Assembly: GCF_009834535.1 (NCBI RefSeq)
Contig: NC_045697.1
Location: forward strand, 39,434,001 to 39,498,000
DNA: 64,000 nt
Source of the DNA: Camelus ferus
Lineage: Eukaryota
Direction of reading: 5' to 3'
Part shown: in pieces, positions 1 to 13,740 of the stretch
How the letters are laid out: every line of letters starts with the position of its first letter
Numbering within the stretch: the first letter of the stretch is position 1
Notes under the pieces: model-generated
What the model was told of the DNA's origin: nothing
What the model saw: the letters and a program-made list of their open reading frames with translations, nothing else
The model's database searches: none
Position numbers and translations under genes: made by a program

Positions 1-787
1 GTTTTGGGTTTTTTGTGTGTCTGGCTTATTTCACTTTGCATAACATTTTCAGAGTTCATCTATGTTATATCATGTTATGAGAATTTCATTCCTTTATAAG
101 ACTGAACAATATTCCATTGTGTATATACACCACATTTTGTTTTCATCTGTTGATGGGCATTTGGGTTATTTTCTACTTTTGGCTGTTGTGAATAGTGCTG
201 CTGTGAACGTTGGTATACAGGTATCTGAGTTTCTGATTTTAGGGCACATACTCAGACGTGTAATTGATGGATCATGTGGTAATCCTATATTTAACTTTTT
301 GAGGAACCACCTGTTTGCCTTGGTGCTGTATCATTTTACATCATCACCAGCAATGCATAAGGGTTTCAGTTTTTCCACATCCCATCCAGCACTCACTTTC
401 TGGATTTTTTTTTTTTTTGATAATAACTATCTTAATGAATGTGAAGTGTATCTAATTTTGGTTTTGATTTGCGTATCCCTAATGACTACTGAAATTGAGC
501 ATCTTTTTATTTGCTTATTAACTACTTGTGTGTCTTCTTTGGAGAAGTCTCTAAGTCATTTACCCATTTTTTGAAATGGGTTTGTTGTTGTAGTTACTGA
601 GTTGTAGGTGTTCTTAAACATATTCTGGATATTAAACCTGTATCAGATAGATGATTTGCAAATACTTTTTCCTGTTCTGTGATTGTCTTTTCACTCTTGT
701 TAATGTTTTTGGATGCACAAAAGGTTTTCATTTTAATGAAATCCAGTTTATCTTTGTCATTGTTGCATGTGCTCTTGGTATCATTTC
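1..787 (-). mobile_element. Old LINE-1 fragment (ORF2 3' end / 3' UTR), runs off window start
   Basis: Typical antisense L1 text (ctggcttatttcac...catttgggttatttt...gctgctgtgaac...gagcatctttt); degenerate. ORF 62-574 is its antisense reading. Confidence 0.85.
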
Positions 788-2059
788 CTTGTTAACTTTT
801 GTTGTTTTTGTTAGGTTACGGTTTTCATCTGTTTCTTGGCAACATTTTTCTGATGAGTTATTTCAAGAAAGTCACGATGATCTTTTATACTTTTTAAAAA
901 ATACTGTCTCTGTTTAGTTGCTGGCCGTGTTCCATTTTTCTTCCTCACATTTCAGTGAGATTGGTGTTTGTGATACCAGTATCAAGAGGTTCCTGTGGGG
1001 TATAGTGATGAGAGGCCAAGGTAGCTTTTCAAGTTTTACAGCCCTGGGACTGCCTCCTCTCTTGCTGCCAAAGGACTGTTTCCTTAAATGTGGCCCTTGT
1101 GTTCGCCCATCTCTCCTTCACCTCTCTGAAACTAACCTGGGTCAGGAGAGCTCTGCTGCCTTTTCTTCACAAAATTGCCCTCCAAGGTGATGCACTCACT
1201 ATTGGGGGCATATTTTTCTTGTGCTTCCTGGTAGCCACCTGTTGGGATCCCTGTGGGTACTTTGTGTGTCATCTTTCACCTCTTCCTCTAAGCAGGTGAG
1301 CCTTGTTGAGCTCCCCCTCACCATGTGCTCTGTCTTTAAAGTAATAAATATTTGTAGGTGCTTTTAAAGAGCTTGCATGTCTGGACTCCTGCTGGTCCTC
1401 TCCAGACTCCCCATAGTGCTGGTGTGATGTCTGCTCTATGTTTTCTGCCCTGTCTTTACCTTTCGCAGCAGTCATACACAACTGGAGTCTATAACTTTTC
1501 TGCGTTCTGTTGATTGACTTTTATTCATCTTAATCTGTGTGGTTTCAGAAAGAGAAGTGAGAAAATTCAGAAGATTCTTATTGGGTTTGTTCTTAATAGT
1601 TTCTTTAACATTCCAATAATACTAGGTAATAAGGATTCTTTAATCTTTTCTAGTCTAAGTGGTGGAAATTAGTTGACATGAGATACACAGTGATTCGAGG
1701 TATTTTAAGTGTTTGGATAGAGAAATGAGTTATTTTTTTAAAATTTTAATTAAACCTAACTTTTCTATTGATGTCTAAAGATTCTTAGATCTTAATTTTT
1801 CAGATCATAGACCTCTTGAGAATATGATTTCTAAAAATTTGATGTTTCATGTATTTTAAGGATTCCTGATCTGTGGATTCCAGGTTAAGAACTGTTGTTT
1901 AGCTCTACAATGCACATTGATAATCTGTGTAAGGGCAACGAATAAGATATCCAAAAAGTGCTTTGGGTTTTTTAAGTTAATGAGCTAGATTTGGAAAAAC
2001 TGATTTATAGGAAACTTGTGATTTTCTTGACCTAACAGTATGTTCAATAAATAATTGCT

Positions 2060-2535
2060 GACTTTCTAACAGAGCATTATTTGAAACCGATTTTTTTTTC
2101 TCTCATATAAAAGAAGTCCATAGATGGGTATTCCAGGCTGATTCTGTGATGTTATCAGGTTGTGAGTCTCCCACCTTTTTTCCCCTCTATTTTACTGTCC
2201 TTAGAGCTTAGCTTCTAGCTTCTGGACCGTTACGTAGTCACAGGCTGGCTCCCAGGCATTACAGCTGTGATCTAAGCAGAAAACAGGAATATAGGAAAAA
2301 AAATGAGTTGGCCTCTTTTTAAAGCAATATTTCTGGTGGTCCTGTTAACAACTTCTGCTTACATCTCATTGGCCAAATTTAGATACGTAGTCACCCGTAT
2401 CTTCAAGGATATGATGCTACAGGGGAGGTGGGTATATTTCAACTCGGGACTTTGCTCCTGACCCTCCAACAAAATCAGAGTTCTGTTGTTAAGAGAGAAG
2501 AGGAAAATTACCCATTGCTAGGCAACTGCCAACTC
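2060..2535. mobile_element. MaLR LTR remnant (MLT1-like)
   Basis: Motifs aagaagtcca...ccaggctg and ttctgcttacatctcattggcca recalled from MLT1 consensus. Confidence 0.55.
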
Positions 2536-3210
2536 TTCCACAGTGTCCTTGGAAAGAATTTGTTACCGCAAATAAATTCTTAATCATTTTTCAGCATAAA
2601 GTGTCTTCTGATTCTGTGATAGATGCTTTTACATCCTTTCTACGTTATTTTAAAATCTCATACCTTCTACATTATTTTAAATAATGTTTAAACTCTCATA
2701 ACACTTTAAAGTAGGTGGTACTATTGCATTTTAAATGACAAGGACCCAGTGTTGGTATAGATGAAAACTTCTCTAAGGTCAGCAGGTTGAATGTGAGGGT
2801 CCCTGACTGCAGTATTGTCCTCCTGGTGATGCATAAGCTTGACTTAGCTGTGTGGCTGGACAAAGAACATATGTTGTCCAGGGTTGCGTTTGCCCCTTTC
2901 CTAAGCTTCACACTTGACCAAAGAGAATGACATTCCTTGTGAAAATGTCCAAGTCAGTAGGAAAACCAGGGTTCAAGCCCAGGTACCCTGTTTTCCAATG
3001 GAGTGCTTTCCCAGTGCTGCAGCCCTATCCAGGCTAACGGAGTTGTCCACATCTCTGTAAGAATAACCCTACAACTGTTATTGTTAATTTTCTAATTGTA
3101 GTTTGAAGAGAACATATTCCTTTCCCTCCTAATTGTGAAAAATGATGTTGCTCTTTGTTAGCAAGGAATCTCTTTGGGAGGTCTCTATTTCTTCATCATT
3201 TAAAAAAGTG

Positions 3211-6200
3211 TTTTTTATTAAAGTATAGCTGATTGACAATATTGTGTTAATTTTAGGTGTACAGCATAGTGATTTAGGTTTTTACAGATTATATTCCATT
3301 ATAGATTGTTACAAGATATTGAATATAATTCCTGTGCTATACAGTAAACCCCTGTTCCTCATCTATGTTATGTATAGTAGTTCGTATCTGTTAACCTCAT
3401 ACTCCTAATTTGTTCCTCCCTCCCTCTTTGGTAACCATAAATTTGTTTTCTATGTCTGTGAGTCTGTTTTATATATAGAGTCATTGTATTATTTTTTAGA
3501 TACCATGTATAAGTGATACATTTGTCTTTCTCTGTCTGACTTACTTTACTAAGCATAATACTCTCTAGGTCCAAATATGTTGCTACAGATGGCAATATTT
3601 CATTCTTTTTTGTGACTGAGTAATCCAGTCATTGTGTGTGTATGTTTATCACACCTTCTTTAGCCAGTTATCTTTGGATGGGCACTTGGATTGTTTCCGT
3701 ATCTTGGCTATTACAGTGCTGCTGTGAACATTGGGGTACATGTATCTTTTTTAATTAGAGTTTTTATTTTTTCTGGCTATATGCCCAGGAGTGGAATTGC
3801 TGGATAACATGGTAGCTCTCTTCTTAGTTTTTTAAGGAATCTCATGCTGTTTTCCATAGTGGCTGTACCAATTTACATTCCCCTCAACAGTGTACAAGGA
3901 TTCCTTTTCTCCACACCCTCTCCAGCATTTATTATTAGTAGACTTTTTGATGATGGACATTCTGACAGATGTGAAGTTTTTGTTTGCGTTTTTCTGGTAA
4001 TTAGAGATGCTGAGCATCTTTTCTTGTGCCTTTTGTCCACCTGGGTATCTTTTTTGGAGAAATGTCTATTTAGGTCGTCAGTTCATTTTTTGATTGAATT
4101 GTTTTTTTTTTTCCATTGTATGATTTTTTTTTTATTGAAGCGTAGTCAGTTTACAATGTTGTGTCAGTTTCTGGTGTACAACATAATGCTTCAGTCATAT
4201 ATGAACATGCATATATTCATTTCATATTCTTTTTCAGATACTAATATATATATAACAGATAAACAACAAGTTCATACTGGATTGTTTGTTTGATGTTGAG
4301 ATGTATGAACTGTGTATATATTTTAGAAATTAGGCCCTTGTTAGTCACATTGTTTGCAAATATTTTCTCCCAGTCTATAGGGTTTTTTTGTTTGTTTGTT
4401 TATGGTTTCCTTTGCTGTGCAAAAGCTTATAAGTTTGATTAGGTCCCATTTGTTTATTTTTGCTTTTATTTCTTTTGCCTTGGGAGACTGATCTAAGGAA
4501 ATATTGCTGAGAAAATATTGCTTCGATTTATGTGAATGTTTTGCCTATGTTCTCTTCTAGGAGTTTCATGGTGTCATGTCTTGTATTTAAGTCTTTAAGA
4601 CATTTTGAGTTTATTTTTGTGTATGCTGTGAAGGGAGTATTCTAACTTCATTGATTTATATGTGGCCATCTAATTTTCCCAATACAACTTGCTGAAGAGA
4701 CTGTCTTCTTGATGTTTTATTCTTAGTGTAAGGAAACACACTAAATTTATGTATATTAATCCTGTATCCTGCTACCTTGCTGGATTATTAGTTCTAGCAG
4801 TTTCTATGTGGAGGCTTTAGGGTTCTTAATATAGAATATCATGTCATCTGCAAATAGTGACAGTTTTACCCCTTCCTTTTAAATTTGGATTCCTTTTACT
4901 TTTCTTGTCTGATTGCCTTGGCTAAGACTTCCAATACTGTGTTGAAAAGAAGTGGTGAAAGTAGGCATCCTTGTCTTGTGCCTGAATTTAGCAGTAAGGC
5001 TTTTAGTTTTTCATCACTGAGTATTATGTTTGGCTGTGGGTTTGCTGTAAATGGCCTTTATCATCTTGAGGTGTTCCTCTACACCTACTTTGGTGACTTT
5101 TTATCCCGAATAAGTGTTGAATTTTGTCAAATGCTTTTTCTCTGTTGGTTGAGATGATCATGTGGTTTCTGTCTTTCCTTTTTTAAAATGTGATATATCA
5201 CTTTAATTTGCCTATGTTGAACCATCCTTGTGACCCTGGAATGAATCCAACTTGACCATGGTGTATCATCCTTTTTGTATTGTTCAGTTCAGTTTGCTGG
5301 TATTTTGTTGAGAATATTTACATCTGTATTCATCAAAGATACTGGCCTATAATTTTACTTTTTTATATTTTGTTATCAAGGTGATGGTGGCTTCACTGAA
5401 TGATTTTGGGAATGTTCCTTTCTCTTCAATCTTTTTGGAAGAGTTTGAGAAGGATAGGTACAAATTCTTTGTATGTTTGGTAGGAATCCCCAGTGAAGCC
5501 ATCCAGTCCTGGACTTTTGTTTCCAGGGATATTTTTTTTTTTTTTCCAATTAGCGATTCTGTTTCACTTTCAGTGATTGGTCTGTTTAAACTATCTGTTT
5601 CTTCTTGACTCATTCTTGTCAGGCTGTATGTTTCTAGAAACTTGTCCATTTCTTCTAGGTTGTCCAATTTGTCGGTGTATAACTGTTCATGGTATTCTCT
5701 TAGGATTTGTGTGTGTGTGTTGGTTGTTATGTCTTCTCTTTCACTTCTTATTTATTTGGGTCCTCTTTTCTTCTTGATGAGCCCAGCTAAAGGCTTGTTG
5801 ATTTTGTTTATCTTTTGGGAAAGCCTGCTCTTGGTATTATTGCTTTTTTTCTGTTTTTAAATCTCCATTTCTTCTCTAATCTTTATTTCCTTCTTTATGC
5901 TGACTCTGAGTTTTTTGTTCTTTTTCTAATTCTTTTAGGTGATAGGTTAAGTTGTTTATTTGAGATTTTTCTTGTTTGAGGAAAGCCTATATTGCTATGA
6001 ACTTCCCTCTTAGAACTGCTTTTGCTGTGTCATAGATTTTGTAAAGTTCTGTTTTCATTGTTGTTTGTATCAAGGTATTTTCAGGATTCTTTTTTGACTT
6101 ATTGGTTTTTTAGTAGCATGCTGTTTAGTCTCCATGTGTCTGTTCTCTTCCCATTTTTTTTTCCTGTTGTTGTTTTCTAGTTTTACACTATTGTGGTCAG

Positions 6201-8790
6201 AAAAAATGTTTGAAATAATTTCTACTTAAATTTGTTGAGGTTTGTTTTGTGACCTAGTATGTAGTCTGTCCTAGAGAATGTTCCATGTGTGCTTGAAAAG
6301 AATATGTATTTTTTGGAGGTCGTGTCCTGTAGATACCAATGAAGTCCAATTGGCCTGTTGTGTCATTTAGGACCTTTGTTGTGTTACTGATGATCTGTCC
6401 ATTGATGTCAATGAGGTGTTACGATCTCCTACTATTTATTGTATTATTGTAGTTTCTCACTTTATGTCTGTTAGTATTTGCTTTATATATTTAGATGCTC
6501 CTGTATTGGTTGAGTGTATGATAACATGTGTAATATCCTCATCTTGGATTGATCCCCTTATCATTATATATTGCCCTTCTTTGTCTTATGACCTTTGTCT
6601 TAGTCTCTTTTGTCTGATAAGAGTATTTCTTTCCCCACTTTCTTGTTTTTTTCCATTTGCATGAAATATCTTTTTCCATCTCCTTACTCCAGTCTATGTC
6701 TTTTATGCTGAACTGAGTCTCTCGTAGGCAGCATACTGCAGGTTCTTGTTTTTTTAATCCAGTCTGCCATTGTCTTTTGATCCATGCATTTAGTCCATTG
6801 ACATTTAAAATAATTATTGATAGAAATGTACTTATTGCCATTTTAATCATTGTTTCCCAATTGTCTTTGTACTTTTTCTTCATTTCTTCTTTGTGCTTTT
6901 CCTTTTGTGGTTTGATTTACTTTTGTAGTGTTCTTGAGTTCCTTTCTTTTTGGGTTTTGTGAATCTGTGTTATGGTTTTGATTTGTGGTTACCATGGAGT
7001 TCAAGTATGTTGACCCATAACTATATCTACTTTCTTTAAACTGATAGTCATAAAAATTCAAATACATTCTAAAAGATCTACATTTTTATACTCCCCTCCT
7101 TCCACATTTTGTCATTTTAATGTCTTATTTTACATCTTCATGCTTACACTTTTTATTTACTGTGGTTATAATTGCTTTTACATTTTTTATTTTTAATCTG
7201 CATGCTGGCTTTTTAAGTGATTTCAATCCTTTTATATGTTTGCATTTCCTATTATGACTTTCCCTTTTCTATAGATTCTTGCTGCTTTTCTTTGTAAAGA
7301 AGATCTTCCAGTATTCTCTTAGGGTAAATTTAGTATTACTTAATTCTTTTAGTTTTTGCTCATGTGAGAAATTCTTTACCTCTCCTTCTATTCTAAATGA
7401 TAATCTTGCTGGGTAAATTATTCTAGGTTGCAGGTTTTTTCCTTTCAGGAATTTGAATATATCATGGCCATTCCCTTCTGTCCTGCAAAGATTCTGCAGA
7501 GATACAAGCTGATAGCCTTATGGGGGTTCCCTTGTAAATGACTTTTTCTCTTGCTGCCTTTAAAATCCTCTCTTTATCTTTAACTTTTGCCACTTTAATT
7601 ATGATACGCCTTGGTATAGGTCTGTTTGGGTTCATCTTGTTTGGGCCCTTTGTGCTTCCTGTACCTGGTTATCTGTTTCCTTCTTTAGGTTTGGAAAGTT
7701 TTCAGCCATAATTTCTTCAAATACATTTTTGATCTTCTTTTCCCTTCTCCTTCTGGAATCCCTATAAAGCATGACAATCTATGCATATTATCTCATAGGT
7801 CTCATGTGTTGCTTTCTTTCCATTTTTTTCATTTGTCATTTTCTCTGCTGTTCTGAGTGGGTTATTTCCATTACTCCATCTTCCAGATCACTTTTTCATC
7901 TTGTGCATTAATTGGTTTCTCTTTATAGTTTCTAGTTCCTTATTACAGTGATCTGCATTTCTATAGATCATCTTTCTTAATTCCTTTAGCATTTTTATTA
8001 CCTCCTTTTTGAAGTTGGGGCCTGGGAGACCAGAGAGATCTGTTTCATTGTTCTTTCAGGGGATTTCTCTCATTCTTTTAACTGGGAGTAATTCCTCTGC
8101 TTTTTCATTTTTCCTATATTTCTCTGGCTCTATGAATTTAGGAGAAACAATTACCTACTTTGGTCTTGAAGGGCTGGTTTTATGTGGGAGCATCCCTGTG
8201 CACTGTGTGAGTCCAATATTTTTGGTGTGAGGGCTGTTTTTGTTATGGATGCCTGCCGCATCTTCCCTCAGTGTGCTGGCTGTTGTTCTCTTGATAGGGT
8301 GTGTTTGGTGTAATGGTGACCAGAGCCTGTGCTGGATGTTGAATGGGGCCTTCTCTTTGCTATGTGGTTGTCACAGTCCTGTTGGGGGCAGCGTCTGCCC
8401 TCCAGTTGTTGTAGTAGGTGTCATCATGTGGTTCTAAGCAGCGACGTGAGGTGGGCAGGACTGGAAGACTTCTCTGGAAAAGGGGTTGCTGTGTGTTCTT
8501 CCTAGGAGCTGTTAGCAGGTCATGAGACCGTGATGCCACACACCACTTGGTGTGTGGGGCTCATGAAAATCACTGCTGCTGTAGCTGTTACCCGACCCGC
8601 CTCTGCTGTGGGAGCACCAATAAACTGCTCGGCCTCAGTTCCACCTCTGGCTCGTGTGTACTCCCAAAGTGCATGCCCTCAAAGCTCGTCAAAGCTACAC
8701 CTGCTGTGGGAGCACCAACAATTGGCTTAGGTTTCAGCCTCTCCTCCATAAGTGCCCAGCCACAAACTCTGCTGCTGCAGAATCCACCTT
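3211..8790 (-). mobile_element. Near-full-length decayed LINE-1 (3' UTR, ORF2 with internal deletion near 4710, ORF1, GC-richer 5' UTR)
   Basis: Poly-T tail at 3211; minus ORFs 6539-6883 (ISTFLSIIILNVNGLN = ORF2 endonuclease start), 5347-5667 (MDNLEEMDKFLE), 3832-4017 ([18 protein letters not shown]2 C-terminus); many frameshifts. Confidence 0.92.
4105..4279 (-). mobile_element. Short younger L1 3'-end insertion with 5' inversion, nested in the larger L1
   Basis: Poly-T then antisense L1 3' UTR to ~4234, then sense-orientation 3' UTR 4235-4279; flanked by tgaattgttt (4095-4104) / tggattgttt (4278-4287). Confidence 0.75.
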
Positions 8791-8794
8791 TATA

Positions 8795-9720
8795 GTAATT
8801 CCATCTAATGTACAACACATATTCAAATTTCCGTAGTTGTCCCATGGAAAATTGGCTACTTTTTTCTTCTATTTTTCAGCCAGGAACCAGTCAATATTCA
8901 TATATTACATTTGAAGCTTGTGTATTTTCTTTGAAATCTAGAATTAGTCTTTTCCTCATAACATTAATGTTTCAAAAATTCCAGGCTAGCTGTCTGTTAG
9001 AATGGCCCTGATTCCTAATTTGTCTGTTTCCTCACTGTCATTTAACTTGTTCTTTTAGCTCCTGAACTTCATGTAAACTGTTAGATTTAGAGGCTAGATG
9101 AGCATCAGCTTAAACATTTTTGGCAAGAATATTTTATAAATGATGTTTTCTGCATGTTGCATCACATCAGGAGCACATAATGTCAACTCATCATGATGAG
9201 TGACGATAAATTTAATCTTTTGAGTTAAGCCGAGTCCTCAGAGATATCAAGTGTAAAGGTAAATTTTTTTTTCCCTTTGCAAATACTGTGTGATCTTTGA
9301 GACTCTGAAAATCCTGTTCTCCAACAACTTTTCACCTGCTTTAGCATCCACCGACAATCCTTGGCAAAATTATTTGTTAAATGATTAGTTGAAAATGCTC
9401 ATTTTCTAATTCTGTTATTCCTTCTGTATTTAGCTGCAGCATGTTCTGTAAAGAGGACTTTTACTTTTTTAACCCATTTCCCTCACTCTTCCTAGGATCA
9501 CTGTTGATTCAGGGATTTGTGTTTATACCGGATGTGGTAATCATTTACAGTTCTTACTCGTGGTGCTCCAGCTGACCTAAACTTGGCCGATAGGAACTGT
9601 GTCAGCTGGCCCACAGGTCTTTTTGACACACCCCATTAGTCCTTAAGCATTTCCTTGCCTTCTAGAGCAAGATGTCTCGGGCTTATCTTGTACTTTCCTT
9701 GCACCCCTTTTATTTGGTAT
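8795..9720 (-). mobile_element. Ancient L1 (L1MC/L1ME-like) 3' region
   Basis: catattcaaatttcc...gttgtccc and catcacatcaggagcacataatgtc motifs; highly diverged. Confidence 0.55.
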
Positions 9721-10059
9721 GGATTATCTGTTCTGCTTCCACATCCTGCTTAGCTGTATTAGTCCTAGCCCCATTTGCAAAGAGTTTTCAAGTGCACAGG
9801 TCTGAATTTAACCAGCAGTGTAGCCTGATTGTCCTTCAAAGTGCCTTAACCTTGTGGTACTTAAATTCTTGGAGGATTGCCTTAAGGAAAAACAGGCAGT
9901 TGAATTCAGTAGTCTAAAATCGATTTTTGTATTAAGCTCTGTAAATAGAGTGCTGTATGTAGTATTGTCCCCCTCGGGGCTTCACAGAACCACTTACATT
10001 AAAGTTTCTGTAAATACTAAAGTCTTTCAGGGTTCTGAGCTCACATGTTAGAGCCAGAG

Positions 10060-10256
10060 CAGCGGGGTATTATATTCTGGCTCTCCAACTGTATGAGACA
10101 AGTTTCTTTTTCTTCGTACCTTAATTTTCTTGTCCAGATTGGAATAGTAAAAGTACCTACTGATAAATTTGTTTTGGAATTTTGAGGTTTTAATTTTAAA
10201 GCACTTACAGTAGAGTCTGGCACAAAATCAGCACTCAGTAAATGTTGGCTATTATA
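10060..10256 (+). mobile_element. MIR SINE
   Basis: aaagcacttacagtagagtctggcaca...ctcagtaaatgttggctattat MIR 3' end. Confidence 0.65.
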
Positions 10257-10448
10257 AAAACTCAAGACTTCTGAAATGCGTCCTACTGATAAAAGCCTTC
10301 TCTGTGCGGATTCTAATATCAAAAATAGTGATGTTGCTTCTGAGCATATCTTAAGGAGACCAAGAAACATATAAATAATCCTATTTTCCTCTACTATAAG
10401 AATAATAATTTTGTTTTATCTTTAGCAAGTGAGCTTTCCCAGTATATG

Positions 10449-10640
10449 CTTTTTTTAATTGAAATATAGTCAGTTACAATGTATGGATTTCTGGTGTACA
10501 GCGTAATGTCCCAGTCATGCATATATACGTATGTTTGTTTTCATATTCTTTTTCATTAAAGGTTATTACAAGATATTGAATATAGTTCACTGTGCTATAC
10601 AAAAGAAATTTGTTTTTTATCTTTGTATATATAGTGGTTG
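10449..10640 (-). mobile_element. 5'-truncated younger L1 3' UTR
   Basis: Poly-T head; closely similar to the L1 3' end at 23515-23700 in this window. Confidence 0.85.
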
Positions 10641-10659
10641 ATTCTCAACACTTTCTTTT

Positions 10660-10888
10660 TGGAGACAGCATTAAGCATGTGTCCTCTGGACTCAGATTGC
10701 CCGTGTCACTGCTGGCCACATCACATCTTTGACAGCACCTGGAACACATTACTTGGCTGCTCTGTGAAACAGAGTTCACAAACGTATCTTCCTTCCCAAT
10801 GTATCTTTATTAGGATTTAATGAGTGAAGCCATCTAAAGTGACTGATATAGTCAGTGAACATTCCATAAAAGTTAGTTGTCATTATCA
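10660..10888 (+). mobile_element. MIR SINE
   Basis: ctctggactcagattgcc...aggatttaatgag...aaagttagttgtcattat. Confidence 0.55.
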
Positions 10889-11004
10889 TTCTGATTTTCT
10901 CTTATTTTCTAAAACCCTGGTTTCCTCTCTGCTCTTGATTATTATTTCTTTTTTCTTTTTCCAGGGCACTTTTATCAATTGGAGGGGGGTGGTGTGTGTG
11001 TGTG

Positions 11005-11480
11005 TGTTGCTACCAAACAGAAATGGATGATTCTGGCTAACTTAAGCCCAAAGAAACTTTACTGGAAAGCTATGGAGTAGCTCACCATGTGGAAGGAACA
11101 GCTGGAGGACCAGTGTCAGAGAGGGCAGCCAAAGGACCACACATAGCAGCTCTGGGGATGCAGCTGGCAAGAGTTAGTCTACTGGTTAGTTAATCTAACC
11201 ATCCAGTGAGAGCACTGCGGCTGGAATAAATTAGCTCCAACCATGTTTCTGTCCTTGTGACAGTCCACTCAGGCTTCAGTGGTCTGCAGGAGGAAGGGTC
11301 TGATCGGCTAGGGTGCCCTAGCCCAGCCCTTCCTAAAGGCAGGGCAGCGGTTGGAGTGGTCGCCTCATCAGAGCTGTGCACACCGAGGGTGCGGTCATTC
11401 CCCCAAAGGCAGGCAGGATTTGTCACTAGGAAAAAGGAGAAATAGAGGCTAGGTGGCCCCCAATCAACAAATATCCACTA
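11005..11480. mobile_element. MaLR LTR remnant (old MLT1-like)
   Basis: aacagaaa...tctggctaacttaagc...tttactggaaagctatggagtagctcac start and aacaaatatccacta end. Confidence 0.55.
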
Positions 11481-12724
11481 CTGTCCTGGTGTGCGCATTT
11501 TGTGAGCTAGTTAAGTATTTTTGATCATAAATAAAAGCATAGAAAAACAAGGTCACCATTAATTATGAAAATGAATATTGGTATAAAATTAGGCGACATG
11601 GGCTGAGCCCTTTCTCACTGAGTTCACCGCAACTTTTTGGGTCCTGGTTTCCTTTCCTCAAGTGATACTTTAAGCACTAAATGACCCCTACAGATTGTTC
11701 CCAAGGTTCCCTGTCTGCCTTTTAATGTGGGAACCTAAATTGCTTTTACAGATGCAGAGTCCAGTTTTCAAACTCAAGTGATGAATGGGAATATATGCAA
11801 AGTTAAGATTGACTCAGAATACCTCAATTAGTAACTTATTTTTCAGCTTATATTAGATCAAGAAAAGTTAAGTGTGTGTTTGAAGGGAAGCTGAAATTCT
11901 ACAGACATTGACGTTTATAAAGAGAATGATCTAACATTGAATAAAGGTAGAAAGTAATTTCAGCTTAAATGGAATTTGTCATAAATGGCTTTTCATGTCC
12001 TTAGTTTTATTTTTTCATGAGTAAGGAACTATTGAATATTTCTTAGTACTTACCATAAAGGATATTTTATATTTGTTCTAAGCCCGTCACTGAAGAATTG
12101 ATTTGGATGTCTGAAAATAAAGCTGTCTGTTTCATTGTGGTTGTTTTAAAACAGTATTTACTTTTTAAAAAGTGTAAACCTAAATTAGATTACCAATTAA
12201 AAGCAATAATCAGATGTTCCTTTATTACTATGATTACATATAAACTTGTCTATGTAATATGGCTCTATGCTGAGTAAACAGGTAGTTTAATTTGCAATCA
12301 GTTCAAGATGTATGAGGTTAATGACATGTCTCAGACTTGAAAATACTGAACCATAATGCCAGGAGTGTTTATTTACACTGTTAACAGGAGACACAGCATA
12401 TTGACTGTACTCGAGTGAAGGGCAAAATTAGGAACAGGGCTAGCAGCAGAGAGATTGTTAATTTAGGTTTTAAACTGACATTTAGACAGAATTCTGAGAA
12501 AGTCTTGAAAATTTCTAGTAAAAACTCGAGAAATTCTGATACTAATGTGCAAAATGATTTTATCTTTATCTTTCAAAAGTCATACCTAAATATTTTAGAT
12601 TTAGAGGTCTATGGAGAATAATTAGTCATCAGGTTAGTCCTCACAGACATTAAGTACAGGAGTGGTTGAGTATCTCTCAATTTTTTGAGAAGAAATCGGA
12701 ATAATTTCCTAGAAGAAGGATGGT

Positions 12725-12975
12725 GATGAGGATAACAGTACTTACTGAGTATTCCAGACACTCGTCTCATTCTTGTTATGTGTACGAGCTCATTTCAGCC
12801 TCATATATTCATATGAGATAGGAACCTCTGGTATCCCCATTTTGTAGATGGGGTAACAGAGGCACACGGAGTGTAAGTGACTTGTCCAGGGTTACACAGC
12901 TAATAAGATCAGAATGGGATTTGAAACAGGGAGTCTGGTTCCACAGTCCATGCTCTAAACCACTGTGCTCTATTG
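12725..12975 (-). mobile_element. MIR SINE
   Basis: MIR core atccccattttgtagatggggtaacagaggcac...aagtgacttgtccagggttacacagct. Confidence 0.8.
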
Positions 12976-13579
12976 TGTCTGTAAGAAGGTGAAATAAAAG
13001 ATACAATTTGTATAATTTAACCTCATACTGTCAGCTGGCTTTAATGCCACACTTGAGACCATTTTCAGTTTCATTATTACAGGTTGCTTTTTGGCTGCTT
13101 ACTCACCACAGACCTGGTTGACTGAAACTTCCCATATGTTCGTTCATTTGAAGGAGATGGATAGATTTTTAAACTCACACACAAAAATAGTAGTTGTTAC
13201 AAGTTTGACTTGACTTCCTTGGTGACAGAGATGATAGTTCTAGCCCCTACTGCTCTGTAGTAGCTAACACTGTGCCTTATTAGTAGTATTAATGGGTTAC
13301 TAAATCTATGTTTTAACTTTACATTGCTGAATCCTCACTAGGGAAATATGGCTTTCAAATATGACCTATTAAAATCTGCAAATATGTCTATAAAAGTTGG
13401 TCTGATTATGTAGATTATAAAATTCAAGGTCAAATTGAAATTATGGGGACCTTACTAAAAATCAAGATTATAGAATTATCTTTGTGTAATTGTCATGTGT
13501 CACATACAATATTTATCATAGTTTGTTACTATAATTATACACAAACTGCACTTTAATATAAATCTAAATTAAGGAGAGA

Positions 13580-13740
13580 AACACAGACTTAGGGTCAGAT
13601 GAGACTGTCTTCTGACCAGTTCCATGACTTTTACCAGATTACTTCTTAACTCTTTGATCTTTGTTTCCTCAGCTATACAATGAAGGTAATGATCCTGCTT
13701 TTAGATTGTTTAACAGCTGCATGAGCCTGCACTTATAATA
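13580..13740 (+). mobile_element. MIR SINE fragment
   Basis: ttacttcttaactct...tgtttcctcagctatacaatgaaggtaat. Confidence 0.55.

Noticed and set aside
62..574. 170-aa ORF and similar hydrophobic + strand ORFs (3844-4293, 23278-23697)
   Set aside because: Antisense readings of T-rich L1 sequence, not genes.
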